Source: a candidate division FCPU426 bacterium (GTDB lineage: Bacteria > Oederibacteriota > PGYV01 > Palsa-1178). From it: a DNA stretch of 64,000 bases. This document shows positions 10,662-21,000 of this stretch, one piece after another. The stretch spans positions 192,001 to 256,000 of the forward strand of contig CAWIXE010000003.1 of NCBI GenBank assembly GCA_963840035.1, given 5' to 3'. The stretch's first letter is position 1, and the number at the start of each line of letters is the position of its first letter. The position numbers were made by a program, and so were the translations under genes. The notes beneath the pieces were generated by a model. That model was not told where the DNA came from. It saw nothing but the letters and a program-made list of their open reading frames with translations, and searched no databases.

Positions 10662-12988
10662 TACTTTTTTTCAAGTTCCGCGTAGATCTTTTTAATCCTG
10701 TCCTGATCGGGCTTAACTGCCAGCGAACGTTTAAAATAGGATTTTGCCTCGGCCCAGTGCTTTAAATTCATGTGGCACAATCCGGCGTTATTTAACGCGC
10801 CAAGGTTGTTAGGGTCAAGCTGGAGCACTTTTTCATAAAGAACAATCGCGTCAATGTACTTCGCGTCCATGGAAAGTATCAATCCCTTGTAGAAATAAGA
10901 ACGGCCCATACCGGGGTTAAGGCTGATATCCAGTTCGAATTCCTTCATTGCCTCATTGTTTTTTTTCGCGTTAAAGAGCTCAAGCCCTTTCTGATAATGC
11001 ATTATCTGTTCCTTGCCGAGCTTTATCTGCCTTTCATATTCCGTCTGTGCCTGCGATATGGCTCTGTTTTTATACAGCATGGCGGTTATATTGCGCGGGT
11101 CCAGGCTTATTACGCGGTCAAAATAATTGGCGGCGAGCTGGGCTTTGCCGATTTTTCCGTAAAAACTTCCGAAGTTAAAGAGCAGTTCCGGATTATTCGG
11201 GTTTAATTTTTCAGCGGCTTTTAAAAGCGTTTCGGCGCGCGTTAAGCTGCCGGCGGTAATGGTGTTATTTACGTATTCAATGGCCACATTTGTAATCACG
11301 GGGAGATTGTCGTAGGATGTTTCGGCCGCTTTTTCGAGCATATATTCATAACCGGTAAAATCATTGACGAGTTTCCGGTATTGCCCGTAGCGGAGCAGGT
11401 AGTTGCCGACAACTTCACGTTCTTCAAAATCATGAAAGAAAGCCGCGTCATTTGTGATACCTTTCATTGAATATAATTTCCACGGATAGGTTATCGGCGC
11501 AATCGGGGTATCAGCTTCGCTGAAGATTACCCCGTAAGGCATTTCTTTAAAGATTTTTGCAGTGGACTGGTTAATGGAGTACACAGGGTAATACCCCTTT
11601 GAAAAAACCTCAATAATTGTGTTTGAGAGGCTGGAATGCCTGGAATCCTTCCCTAAGTCCTCTATATCCTTAAAAACAGTCGGGACCAGGTCAAAAATCC
11701 GGATATCAGGGTAGAGTTTAAGGACATATTTAAAATATGCCAGCGGGTAGGTTTGGTTGTCGCCTATGGCAAAAAGGCTTGATTTAGCCGGGATATTTTC
11801 AAGGATGTCCTTGGGGAAAAAGTATGCGACGAAATCAATGGATTTATTATTCTCGTAGAAATTAACGGGCAGGCTTAAGGCTGTTGTGGTAAAAAATGCC
11901 GCGAAAACAGCGCCACAGGCCAAAGTTTTATTTTTTATAAGCGAAGCTGCGTATTCGAAAAAAATAAAAACGAATATCAGTCCGGCCATGTATGAAGGAA
12001 TCAGGTACCTGAACGCCAGCTTTAAGTCGCTGTAGTCGCCGTAAAGCGACAGCACAATGACATTTACAATGCATAACCCCAGGAGCAGCAGGGCGTACCG
12101 GTTTTTTCTTATGAAAGCGGTGAGGGCGCCTGCTACTGCAAGTATAATCCCGGCGGGAGACAGTTCCCGCAGGACAACTGTTTTTATATATCCGTAAAAT
12201 GCGGCAAAACCCGCTCCGTCGCGGGCGAACATCTTGCGCTTATACTGCTGCTGTGTTATATAGGAATAAAAATCATCTGATGTGGCGAATTTTTTCCACT
12301 GCATGAGCGTGTCTGTGCTGCCCCGTAGCATAATGAAAAAGTAAGTTGATAAACCGGTGAGGAAAAAAACTATTATCCAGAAGAGGCTTTTAAAGAAAAA
12401 TTTAAAATCCGCCACCGCGATGAAAATCCATAAAAGTCCGCAGGTAATGGTGAAGGTAAGATGGAGGCCTGAGCCGGCGCCGGTTAAGAACGCCAGCAGG
12501 TAAAGCAGTTTCGCGTCCTTTGACCTTTCGGTATAGGTAAAAAATATTATAAGCGCTATGGCGCAAAATACGGCGTTTAAGGTATAGATCCTGGCCATGC
12601 CTGACTGTGACCAGAGGGTGTATGAAAAAATGAAAAGAACGGCGGCTGTGAAGGATACAAAATATTTGACGAAGTTATTTTTAACAGTGGTTGATATTAT
12701 GAGAAACAGCTGGAATAAGAGCGCCGGGACAAGCGCGGCGAAGAGGGCTGACATGAGGTTGAACCTGAAGGCGATGTTAGCCAGCGGCACCATGGAAAAA
12801 ATTTTTCCAAGCATCATGTATACGGGAAATCCGGTGGGGTGGGAGATCCCGAGGGAATGCGAAGCTGCCATTAACTCCCCGGAGTCGCCGAAAGTGACGG
12901 TGGGCGCCATAGTGCTTAAGTACAGGCCAAAAGCCGCCAGGAAGATTATTGCCGTAAGCGCGAGGTTTACATTTTTTTCATTTTTCAT
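10658..12988 (-). CDS. DUF2723 (TMEM260-like GT-C) membrane protein with C-terminal TPR repeats
   Basis: APTVTFGDSGEL...LGISHPTGFP motif, many TM helices, GDN motif, TPR-like C-terminus. Confidence 0.85.
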   Translation of the reverse strand: MKNEKNVNLALTAIIFLAAFGLYLSTMAPTVTFGDSGELMAASHSLGISHPTGFPVYMMLGKIFSMVPLANIAFRFNLMSALFAALVPALLFQLFLIISTTVKNNFVKYFVSFTAAVLFIFSYTLWSQSGMARIYTLNAVFCAIALIIFFTYTERSKDAKLLYLLAFLTGAGSGLHLTFTITCGLLWIFIAVADFKFFFKSLFWIIVFFLTGLSTYFFIMLRGSTDTLMQWKKFATSDDFYSYITQQQYKRKMFARDGAGFAAFYGYIKTVVLRELSPAGIILAVAGALTAFIRKNRYALLLLGLCIVNVIVLSLYGDYSDLKLAFRYLIPSYMAGLIFVFIFFEYAASLIKNKTLACGAVFAAFFTTTALSLPVNFYENNKSIDFVAYFFPKDILENIPAKSSLFAIGDNQTYPLAYFKYVLKLYPDIRIFDLVPTVFKDIEDLGKDSRHSSLSNTIIEVFSKGYYPVYSINQSTAKIFKEMPYGVIFSEADTPIAPITYPWKLYSMKGITNDAAFFHDFEEREVVGNYLLRYGQYRKLVNDFTGYEYMLEKAAETSYDNLPVITNVAIEYVNNTITAGSLTRAETLLKAAEKLNPNNPELLFNFGSFYGKIGKAQLAANYFDRVISLDPRNITAMLYKNRAISQAQTEYERQIKLGKEQIMHYQKGLELFNAKKNNEAMKEFELDISLNPGMGRSYFYKGLILSMDAKYIDAIVLYEKVLQLDPNNLGALNNAGLCHMNLKHWAEAKSYFKRSLAVKPDQDRIKKIYAELEKKY

Positions 12989-13775
12989 GGCTTAAGTTTA
13001 TCCTTTCAATTGAAGTTGATTTTCCGGTTGTCTCGTCGACGGAAATTAAAACGGCATTCAGCCTGACCCCTGTATCGGAGAGCTCGAATTTTTCCGGCAT
13101 GGATGTCAGGAACCTGCGGATTATGATTTCTTTTTTTACGCCTATCACGGAGTCAAAAGGGCCTGTCATGCCGGCGTCGGAGATGAATGCCGTGCCGCCG
13201 TCAAAGATCCTCTCATCCGCTGTCTGCACGTGGGTGTGCGTGCCTATGACGGCTGAAACCCTGCCGTCCAGGTAAAATCCAAGCGCCTGTTTTTCAGAAG
13301 TGGCTTCAGCGTGTATGTCCACGATGATAACGGACGCTTTTTCCTTCATGTCCTTTACTATCCTGTCAGCCGCCTTAAAAGGGCAGTCAACCGGCAGCAT
13401 GAAGACCCTGCCTACAAGCGATATGACGCCTATATTTATTTTTTTTCCGGATTTTTCAATGGTGAAGATGGATGAACCGATGCCGGGGTTGCCTTCAGGA
13501 AGGTTGGCGGGCCTTATAAGGCGCCTGTCCGCCTCCAGCACGGGTATGATGTCTTTTTTATCGAGGGTGTGGTTGCCAAGGGTCACCGCGCCGACCCCGG
13601 CGCGGAGAAGTTCTTCAAAGGTCTTGTCCGTGATGCCAAATCCTCCGGCAGCGTTTTCGCCGTTAGCTATGACAAAATTCACGGATCTTTCCTTTACAAT
13701 CTTCGGCAGGAGGGAATTAAGGGCATCACGCCCGGGCCTGCCGTTTACGTCTCCGATAAACAGAACGTTGATCAT
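12978..13775 (-). CDS. ymdB: YmdB/TIGR00282 family metallophosphoesterase
   Basis: IGDV.G..GR, NGENAAGG, LGNH, DIHAEATSEK, GTHTHV; directly downstream of rny. Confidence 0.93.
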   Translation of the reverse strand: MINVLFIGDVNGRPGRDALNSLLPKIVKERSVNFVIANGENAAGGFGITDKTFEELLRAGVGAVTLGNHTLDKKDIIPVLEADRRLIRPANLPEGNPGIGSSIFTIEKSGKKINIGVISLVGRVFMLPVDCPFKAADRIVKDMKEKASVIIVDIHAEATSEKQALGFYLDGRVSAVIGTHTHVQTADERIFDGGTAFISDAGMTGPFDSVIGVKKEIIIRRFLTSMPEKFELSDTGVRLNAVLISVDETTGKSTSIERINLSHEK

Positions 13776-13790
13776 TTAACACCTTGATTT

Positions 13791-13841
13791 AGCCCAAAGT
13801 ACAAAGCCCATAGCCCAGGGGTTGCCTGGGCTTTGGGCTTT
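13791..13841. repeat. Intergenic 7-nt-period inverted repeat (AGCCCA[A/T] family)
   Basis: agcccaa agtacaa agcccat agcccag ... ctgggct ttgggct; same family at 56287 and 60435. Confidence 0.85.
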
Positions 13842-13857
13842 TTTATTTGGGATTTAT

Positions 13858-15414
13858 TTACTTCGCGTACTCCACGGCCCTTACTTCGCGTATTACGGTA
13901 ATCCTTATCTGGCCGGGGTACTGAAGTTCGGCTTCAACTTTTTTCGCTATGTCTTTTGAAAGCTGGTAGGATTTCAGGTCGTCCATCTGTTCCGGTTCGA
14001 CCATGATCCTTACTTCGCGGCCCGCCTGTATGGCGAATACGCGCTGTACTCCTTCAAATGATGAGGCAATTTTTTCGAGGTTCTCGAGCCTTTTAATGTA
14101 GCTCTCGAGGGTCTCGCGCCTTGCGCCCGGCCTTGCGGCTGATATTCCGTCCGCTGCCTGCACAAGCACTGCTTCGATGGATTTTGGCTCAACATCGTTA
14201 TGGTGCGCTTCTATGGCGTGGAGGATTTTTTCTGATTCGCCGTATTTTCTGGCGGCTTCAACACCCAGAGCTACGTGGGAGCCTTCCTGCTCATGGTCGA
14301 TTGCTTTTCCGATATCGTGGAGCAGCGCGGCCCTTTTAGCAAGGGTCGGGTCTATGTGAAGTTCCGACGCGATAATTGACGTGATGAAAGCCATTTCAAT
14401 GGAGTGCTGAAGGACGTTCTGCCCGTAGCTGGTCCTGAAGTGGAGCTTGCCTAAAAGCCTTACCAGCTCCGGGTGCAGGGTGCCGATGCCGACATCCATG
14501 CATGTGCGCTCGCCGATTTCCTTTATTTTTGTTTCCATATCGGCTTTTGTTTTCTCAACTATTTCCTCGATGCGTCCCGGGTGTATCCTGCCGTCCTGTA
14601 TGAGGCGCTCCAATGACATCCTTGCTATTTCGCGGCGGACCGGGTCAAAGGCTGATATGGTGACTGCTTCAGGGGTATCATCTATGATGAAGTCAACTCC
14701 TGTGGCTGATTCTAAAGTCTTGATATTCCTTCCTTCGCGGCCTATGATGCGGCCCTTCATTTCCTCGTTAGGCAGCGGCACAACGGATACGCTGACTTCA
14801 GAGGTGTGGTCCGCGGCTACGCGCTGAATGGCTGTGACAATGATCTCGCGCGCTTTTTTCTCGGCGTTTTCCTTGGTTTCTTCCTCTATCCTTTTTATCT
14901 GGAGCAGGGAAGCCTGTCTTGCCTCGTTAAGCATGGAATTGATAAGCTCGTTTTTCGCGTTCTCCGCGGATAACCCGGAGATTACCTCGAGTTTCTGCCT
15001 CTGTTCGGTTACAAGCTTGCCGAGGTCTTCCTCGTTCTTTTTCAGTTTTTTCTCGGACTCAACCAGTTCGTTCTTTTTCTGGGTTATTTCCTTCTGGCTT
15101 TTGTCCATGGTCTCGGCGCGCTTGTCGATGGATTCCTCGCGCTGTCTTAAGCGTTTTTCCAGGTTGTTAAGCTCCTGGCGTTCTTCCCTGGTTTTCGTGT
15201 CAAATTCCGACTGCGCTTTGAGGGTCTTATCTTTTAACTCCAGTTCGGCTTCTTTTTTAACTGACTGGGCGTCTTTCTTGGCGCCTTCGATGATCTGGTT
15301 CGCGTAGGCCTTAGCGCTTGAAATCTGCTGCTCGGCGATGAACTTCCTCAAAAGGAAACCGATACCCGCACCGGCTAAGAGCGCGATTACTGCCGCAATG
15401 ATGGTTACTAACAT
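13858..15414 (-). CDS. rny: Ribonuclease Y
   Basis: N-terminal TM and coiled coil, KH motif [15 protein letters not shown] motif [18 protein letters not shown]. Confidence 0.97.
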   Translation of the reverse strand: MLVTIIAAVIALLAGAGIGFLLRKFIAEQQISSAKAYANQIIEGAKKDAQSVKKEAELELKDKTLKAQSEFDTKTREERQELNNLEKRLRQREESIDKRAETMDKSQKEITQKKNELVESEKKLKKNEEDLGKLVTEQRQKLEVISGLSAENAKNELINSMLNEARQASLLQIKRIEEETKENAEKKAREIIVTAIQRVAADHTSEVSVSVVPLPNEEMKGRIIGREGRNIKTLESATGVDFIIDDTPEAVTISAFDPVRREIARMSLERLIQDGRIHPGRIEEIVEKTKADMETKIKEIGERTCMDVGIGTLHPELVRLLGKLHFRTSYGQNVLQHSIEMAFITSIIASELHIDPTLAKRAALLHDIGKAIDHEQEGSHVALGVEAARKYGESEKILHAIEAHHNDVEPKSIEAVLVQAADGISAARPGARRETLESYIKRLENLEKIASSFEGVQRVFAIQAGREVRIMVEPEQMDDLKSYQLSKDIAKKVEAELQYPGQIRITVIREVRAVEYAK

Positions 15415-15690
15415 GTTATACCTCCTCCAATGATGTTTGGTTTTTCCGCAGCCCTAAAATTCAGTTAATAGGCATAGTATGGCTTACGGCCGCTTAATTT
15501 GCGGAGGAGAAAAACGGACTTGGATTTAGACTGAAAAAAGGTTAGACGATATCAACAGAAAGAAAATCCAGGGCTGTAAACACAGTCCGGTTTTTGTCTG
15601 CTGATATGACAGGGCTTTTTATGCCGCTAATTACCTTATTTTCAATGTAAATTATGAACATCCGTCACTCTCCACCGTAAATTACGGTTA

Positions 15691-15777
15691 CCCGCCTTTG
15701 CCAAGGCTCCGGCGGGTTAACCCGCTTTCGCATTTAGCCCGGGCGGGCTTGCACGCCATAGCTTTAGCGAAGGCGTG
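15691..15777. repeat. Cluster of three GC-rich REP-like palindromes
   Basis: cccgcctttgccaaggctccggcggg, cccgc...gcggg, cacgccatagctttagcgaaggcgtg; the first and last are related in inverted orientation. Confidence 0.6.
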
Positions 15778-15787
15778 TGAAAATTTT

Positions 15788-15961
15788 ATCCCCACAAGAT
15801 GCCGTGAGAGGCAACAATTTGGACCTCATCAAACAGGTGGGTGCCACGCGTCAGCTTTAGGCTTCCTGCAAGCAGGCATGCACACGGCTAAACGGTTTTG
15901 GCGCCCTATTTAATAAGTGTTGGACCAAATTAAAAGCATCTACACAAACACCGCAGGGTAT
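15788..15961 (-). ncRNA. ssrS: 6S RNA
   Basis: Minus strand reads CCCTGCGGTGTTTGTG...CACCCACCTG...CGGCATCTTGTGGGGAT; ends are complementary, length about 174 nt, typical position upstream of rny. Confidence 0.8.
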
Positions 15962-16007
15962 ATATACTCTGTTTTCGTTTCAAAATAACACAATTTCCCA
16001 ATGACAA

Positions 16008-16037
16008 ATATTAACATATTACCCTCAATACCGTCAA
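16008..16037 (-). promoter_or_regulatory. Putative sigma70 promoter for 6S RNA/rny
   Basis: TTGACG-N18-TAATAT with TG extension on the minus strand. Confidence 0.5.
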
Positions 16038-16123
16038 GGGTTTTTGAGTGTCCTTCCTATTATATAAGGTGCGATGAAATGGGCATAAAGTCGACCCGAG
16101 GTCGGAAAATGAAGGGTTTTGAA

Positions 16124-16151
16124 TTGACTGATTAAGATCATTTGATATAAT
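16124..16151 (+). promoter_or_regulatory. Putative sigma70 promoter
   Basis: TTGACT-N16-TATAAT with TG extension, upstream of AAGGAGG RBS. Confidence 0.6.
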
Positions 16152-16185
16152 TATTACGGGGTAATAAAAAAATAAGGAGGTTTTC

Positions 16186-17757
16186 ATGAAAAAAGCTTTA
16201 TTTTGTGTTCTTTTTGTTGTTTTAGCTTTACCGCTTTTCGCCGGACCATCAGGTAGTTCCGGAATGTCAACAACCCTTAATAATGGTGTTTCAGCAAGGC
16301 TCCAGTCAATGGGATCCCCTGAATTCATTATTGAGGACCCGTCAAGCGAGATTAATCTGTATGAGGCGGGGTTTGGCGCCGCGATTTTTGGGACAAAAAA
16401 GAAAAACACGCTTTCCCTTTCGCCGGGGCTTGAACTGGATTTGTTCAAGGTAAGGCCTGAATCGGATTCAAACTCGACAATGGAAGCAACAATGTTTGGG
16501 GCAGGAAACGGATTGAGCGGTTTAGGCAATAAGGACGGGCTTATGATTTACCCGGCTGACGACCTTGCAGTTTCTATCAGGCCCTTTGGCGAGTACCTCG
16601 ACGGCAGTTTCAGAAACTTCAGGGAAGACGGCCTCGGCGGTGAGCAGAAAGGCGAACCGAGGGAATACCTCTACGGCGGAAATGTGGAAGTTTCAAAAAA
16701 ATTCTCACCCGGGTTTGCCATGTCAGGGCTTTTGGGGTATACCAGCCATATGGTCCTTTTCAGGGACAAGGGCGATATCCATTACCGTGAAAGTGGAAAT
16801 TTCACGCCAATAGCTGAAATTTCGGCGGCTTTCTTATCCGAGTCAAGGGGAGGGTGGAATCTGGGTATTACGGCCGGCAATAAAGCCGGGACAGACCCGC
16901 TGCTGAAACTCAAAGGAGAGCTCACACAAAGCAATTTAGAGTATGAAATCATGGGATTCGCTTCGGGAATATTTACGGATACTTTCTATTATGAAGACAG
17001 CAAGACCACAACTGAGGATGTTTACTATCAGTACGGCGCGCTGATACATATAAACTTCGGAGCGGCCAGGGAGGGTGAGAATGACGCCTTTTCAGCGAAT
17101 ATAGGGCTGCGCACACTCGTACCGTATAAGGAGTATTACGAACGGATAATCTATGATAATTCCGGGAAAGAAACAGCCAGGGAAAAAGGCGTTACGGGAG
17201 CTGTTGTTGATTCTGGCATTGGCGCGCTGGCAAATATGGCCTACAGGATAAATCTTGGGGCTTTTACAACAGGGGCAAAAATCGATTTCTCGTCCATGTA
17301 TATTAAAGAACCGGGGAACAGCTCGTATAATGTTTATTCCGTAACCGGAAAAACGGGCGCGACATACACGGGTATCGAAGGCGTTAAAATACCGCTTGAA
17401 ATATACCTGCAGGATATCACAGCTTACGACATGAAGAACGATCCGTATTTTGTTATGAGCACCGGGGCCAGCCTTGGTTCTGAAATCACATTAAGCAAGG
17501 GTTTTGACATACGTTTTGGCGCAAACGCGGGAATAAACGGCGAAGGAAACGGGCAGGACAAGATGATCTGCACCGTGGATAACCGAGGCATATTTGTCTA
17601 CGGCGTCAGCGCCGGTGTGGGTATTAAAAATGATTCCATAACCACAAACATAGGAGTAAAGTGGGACTCTTCATCCCAGCAGCCGCGCGACAATTTCTAT
17701 AAGCAGGCCGGGGCCGGGGCAATTAAGATCGTGTCAGATATTACCATAAACCTGTAA
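16186..17757 (+). CDS. Secreted hypothetical protein, possibly an outer-membrane beta-barrel
   Basis: Signal peptide, amphipathic beta-strand pattern, strong RBS, downstream terminator. Confidence 0.6.
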   Translation: MKKALFCVLFVVLALPLFAGPSGSSGMSTTLNNGVSARLQSMGSPEFIIEDPSSEINLYEAGFGAAIFGTKKKNTLSLSPGLELDLFKVRPESDSNSTMEATMFGAGNGLSGLGNKDGLMIYPADDLAVSIRPFGEYLDGSFRNFREDGLGGEQKGEPREYLYGGNVEVSKKFSPGFAMSGLLGYTSHMVLFRDKGDIHYRESGNFTPIAEISAAFLSESRGGWNLGITAGNKAGTDPLLKLKGELTQSNLEYEIMGFASGIFTDTFYYEDSKTTTEDVYYQYGALIHINFGAAREGENDAFSANIGLRTLVPYKEYYERIIYDNSGKETAREKGVTGAVVDSGIGALANMAYRINLGAFTTGAKIDFSSMYIKEPGNSSYNVYSVTGKTGATYTGIEGVKIPLEIYLQDITAYDMKNDPYFVMSTGASLGSEITLSKGFDIRFGANAGINGEGNGQDKMICTVDNRGIFVYGVSAGVGIKNDSITTNIGVKWDSSSQQPRDNFYKQAGAGAIKIVSDITINL

Positions 17758-17771
17758 TCAGGTTGTTTTAT

Positions 17772-17802
17772 AAAAAGGCCGGGCGAAAGCCCGGCTTTTT
17801 TT
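17772..17802 (+). terminator. Rho-independent terminator
   Basis: aaaaaggccgggc gaaa gcccggcttttttt. Confidence 0.85.
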
Positions 17803-17970
17803 GTTAATACGCCGGCATGGCGCGTCGCCCGGAGGATACGAAAGTAAAAGCGGCAGTTATATTCATTAAGGAAGGGACCGCCCCCGCGGAAGGCGGCGTA
17901 AAAAGAGGCGGGATAACGCCGCCTTCCTGATTGCGCAAAAACCGGGGCGGAAATTTTTTTATTATTTTTG

Positions 17971-17999
17971 TTGCATGTATCAGGCTTGTGTGATATATT
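17971..17999 (+). promoter_or_regulatory. Putative sigma70 promoter
   Basis: TTGCAT-N17-TATATT with TG extension. Confidence 0.5.
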
Positions 18000-18044
18000 T
18001 TTATCGGTTTTTAGGCGGGTACAAAAAAATAGAGGGGTGCAACA

Positions 18045-21000
18045 ATGCGCAATACGTTTTTTTCATTTCTTTTTGTAATTCTTTCCGGTTTTTTCTCACT
18101 TGTTTATGCTTCATCTGAAGTCAGGAATCTTTCTGTCACGGGCGGGTGCTATTCGCCGGGGCAGATAATCACTGTTTCATTTGAGGTAAGGTCAAATGGC
18201 GCGTATCAGAACATATACGGCGACATACTTTTTTCAGGCAACAATACCGCGGAATATAACGACGACTGCGTATGGTCGGACACAGGCGCAAACAATCCGC
18301 CCAATGCCTCCGGGCACAACGGCGGTTTCTTTGTAAGCCAGGGTGCGGTTGCAAGCCAGTGGATAGCGAAAAGCTATCAGGTTACAGTTCCGGCCGGTTA
18401 CACGGGGGCCAAATACATCATAGTAAATGTTGCCGACAATTACCTGCAGTTATTCAACTGGGGAAGTCATATAGAAGCAAGCGCAAACTTGAGCGTAACC
18501 TCATGCGCTGTCACTGCTACACCGACGGGTACTGCGACAGGCACAGTTACAGTGTCACCGACTGTTTCACCGACGGCAGATTGCGGATGGAAGTATGTCG
18601 GGCCGGCGGATTTAATCTACGGGGAATTCAGCAATTACTCGGGCAAATCCATGTATGTATATAACGGCACACCATATGTTGTCTATGAGAATGTATTATC
18701 AAGCCCGCGCACGCTGACAGTAAAGAAATTTGACGGGACAAACTGGATACTGGTGGGGCCGGCTGAATTCGCTTCGCCCGCCGAGCCCAACGCCGGGTTC
18801 CCTGTAATATTCGTGGATAACGGCACGCCGTACGTGGCATATGCCGGCGACGTCAGCGAGCCGGTGGTAATGAAATATAACAGCGCAACTTTAAGCTGGG
18901 ATACTATAGGAACAATAATACCTACGGCCTGGGCGGTGCAAAATCCGTCGTTGTATGTTTATAACGGGATTCCATACCTTGCGTTCCAGGACGGGAAAAA
19001 CGGCTACAAGGCAACAGTAATAACTTATAACGGCAGCAGCTGGGTGCTGGCCGGAGGAACGCCGGCTTCTTCCACAACGACAGGAATACATGTCCATGAG
19101 ACATATCCGATGTATTTTGAGGGCACCACATGGCTGTATGTAAACGGCGGAACGCCGTACGTGGCATTTGAGGACGGCGCGAATGCAGGAAGAGTGACGG
19201 TAAAGATGTTAAGCGGCGGCAGCTGGGTTACAGTAGGGGCAGCCGGATTCTCTACAGGAGCGGCTACATGGGTTTCGATGTCGTTTGACGGCGGGACGCC
19301 ATATGTGTCATTCATAGACGGAGCAAATTCAAATAAAGTCACGGTCATGAAGTATACAAGCTCAGGATGGGTAACTGTAGGAACAGCAGGATTCTCTGAG
19401 TCGGCTGTCAGCTATCCTTCAATATCCGCTTATGGAGGAGTTCCGTATGTGGCGTATTTCACCAGGGACGCAGTCACGAACGCGGAGAAATCAGTGGTCA
19501 TGAAATACAACGCAGTCACAAACAGCTGGGACATGGTCGGCAGCGCGCCGTTTTTTGGGTTAACAGACGCGTACATATCACTGCAGGTGTCCAATGACGT
19601 GCCTTATGTTGCATTCCAGAACTGGGAAACAAATTACAACTCGGTGATGAAGTATGATTGTTCAGGCACGGCAACACCGACGGCCACCGTAACAGGGACG
19701 ACAACTGTGACCGTGACTGTGACGGCAACTCCGACAGAAACAGCGACAACAACCGGAAGGATCAGGAATATTTCCATATCGGGAGGTTGTTATACTCCCG
19801 GGCAGACGATTACCGTATCATTTGAGGTCAGGTCAGGCACTGCGTATCAGAACATATACGGTGACATACTTTTTTCAAACAATAATACGGCGGAATACAC
19901 CGATGACTGCGTATGGTCTGCTTCCGGCGAGAATAACCCGCCGGATACGGACGGCCATGATGGCGGTTTTCTTGTAAGCCAGGGCGCTGTTGCAAATCAG
20001 TGGATAGCGGTGAGCAAACAGATCACAGTGCCTGCGGGTTATGCGGGCAGCAAATACCTGATAATCGATATCGCTGATAATTACCTTCAGTTATACAATT
20101 GGGGAAGCCATATAGAAGCAAGCTCGGCCATTTTCGTTGATATGTGTCCTGTCATAACGCCAAGCGTGACAATAACCGGGACAGAAACAGTGACCGGGAC
20201 AGAAACAGCGACCGGGACAGAAACAGCGACCGGGACACCTACCGGGAGCGTTACTGTGACCATGACACCGACGCCGGATTGCACGAAGACATGGCAGTAT
20301 GTCGGGCCGGCAAAGCTTATAGACGCCGGATACAGCAATTTTTCAGGCAAATCAATGTATGTATATAACGGTACTCCATATGTGGTATATCAGGATACGG
20401 CGACAAATAAGCTGACGGTGACGAAGTTTGACGGTTCTAATTGGGTGCCTGTTGGGCCGGCTGGATTTGCATCGCCTGCCGAACCTAACGCGGGATTCCC
20501 GGTAATATTCGTAGATAACGGAACGCCGTACGTGGCATATGCAGGCGGGGTAAGCAAGGGGACCGTAATGAAGTACAATTCCGCCACAGATACATGGGAC
20601 ACGGTTGGCGCGGCAGGATTCACATCCGGCGCAATACAAAATCCGTCGCTTTTTGTTTCCGGCGGCACGCCTTACCTTGCGTATCAGGACGCGTCAAACG
20701 GATTTAAGGCAACCGTTATGATGTTCAACGGCAGCAACTGGGTAATGGTCGGAAGCCCGGCTTCTTCAGCCGCAACAGGGATACATGTCCATGAGCCATA
20801 TCCAATGTATTTTGAGAGCGCGTCATGGCTGTATGTCAATGGCGGAACACCGTACGTGGCATTTGAGGACGGCGCGAGCGCAGGCAGGGTAACGGTTAAG
20901 ATGTTCAACGGCAGCAGCTGGGTAAACGTCGGGCCGGCAGGATTCTCCGCAGGCGCTGCCACATGGGTTTCGCTGTCGTTTGACGGAGGGACACCGTATG

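Noticed and set aside
17888..17927. 12-bp GC-rich inverted repeat as a riboswitch
   Set aside because: It lies upstream of the predicted promoter and has no recognisable aptamer motif.
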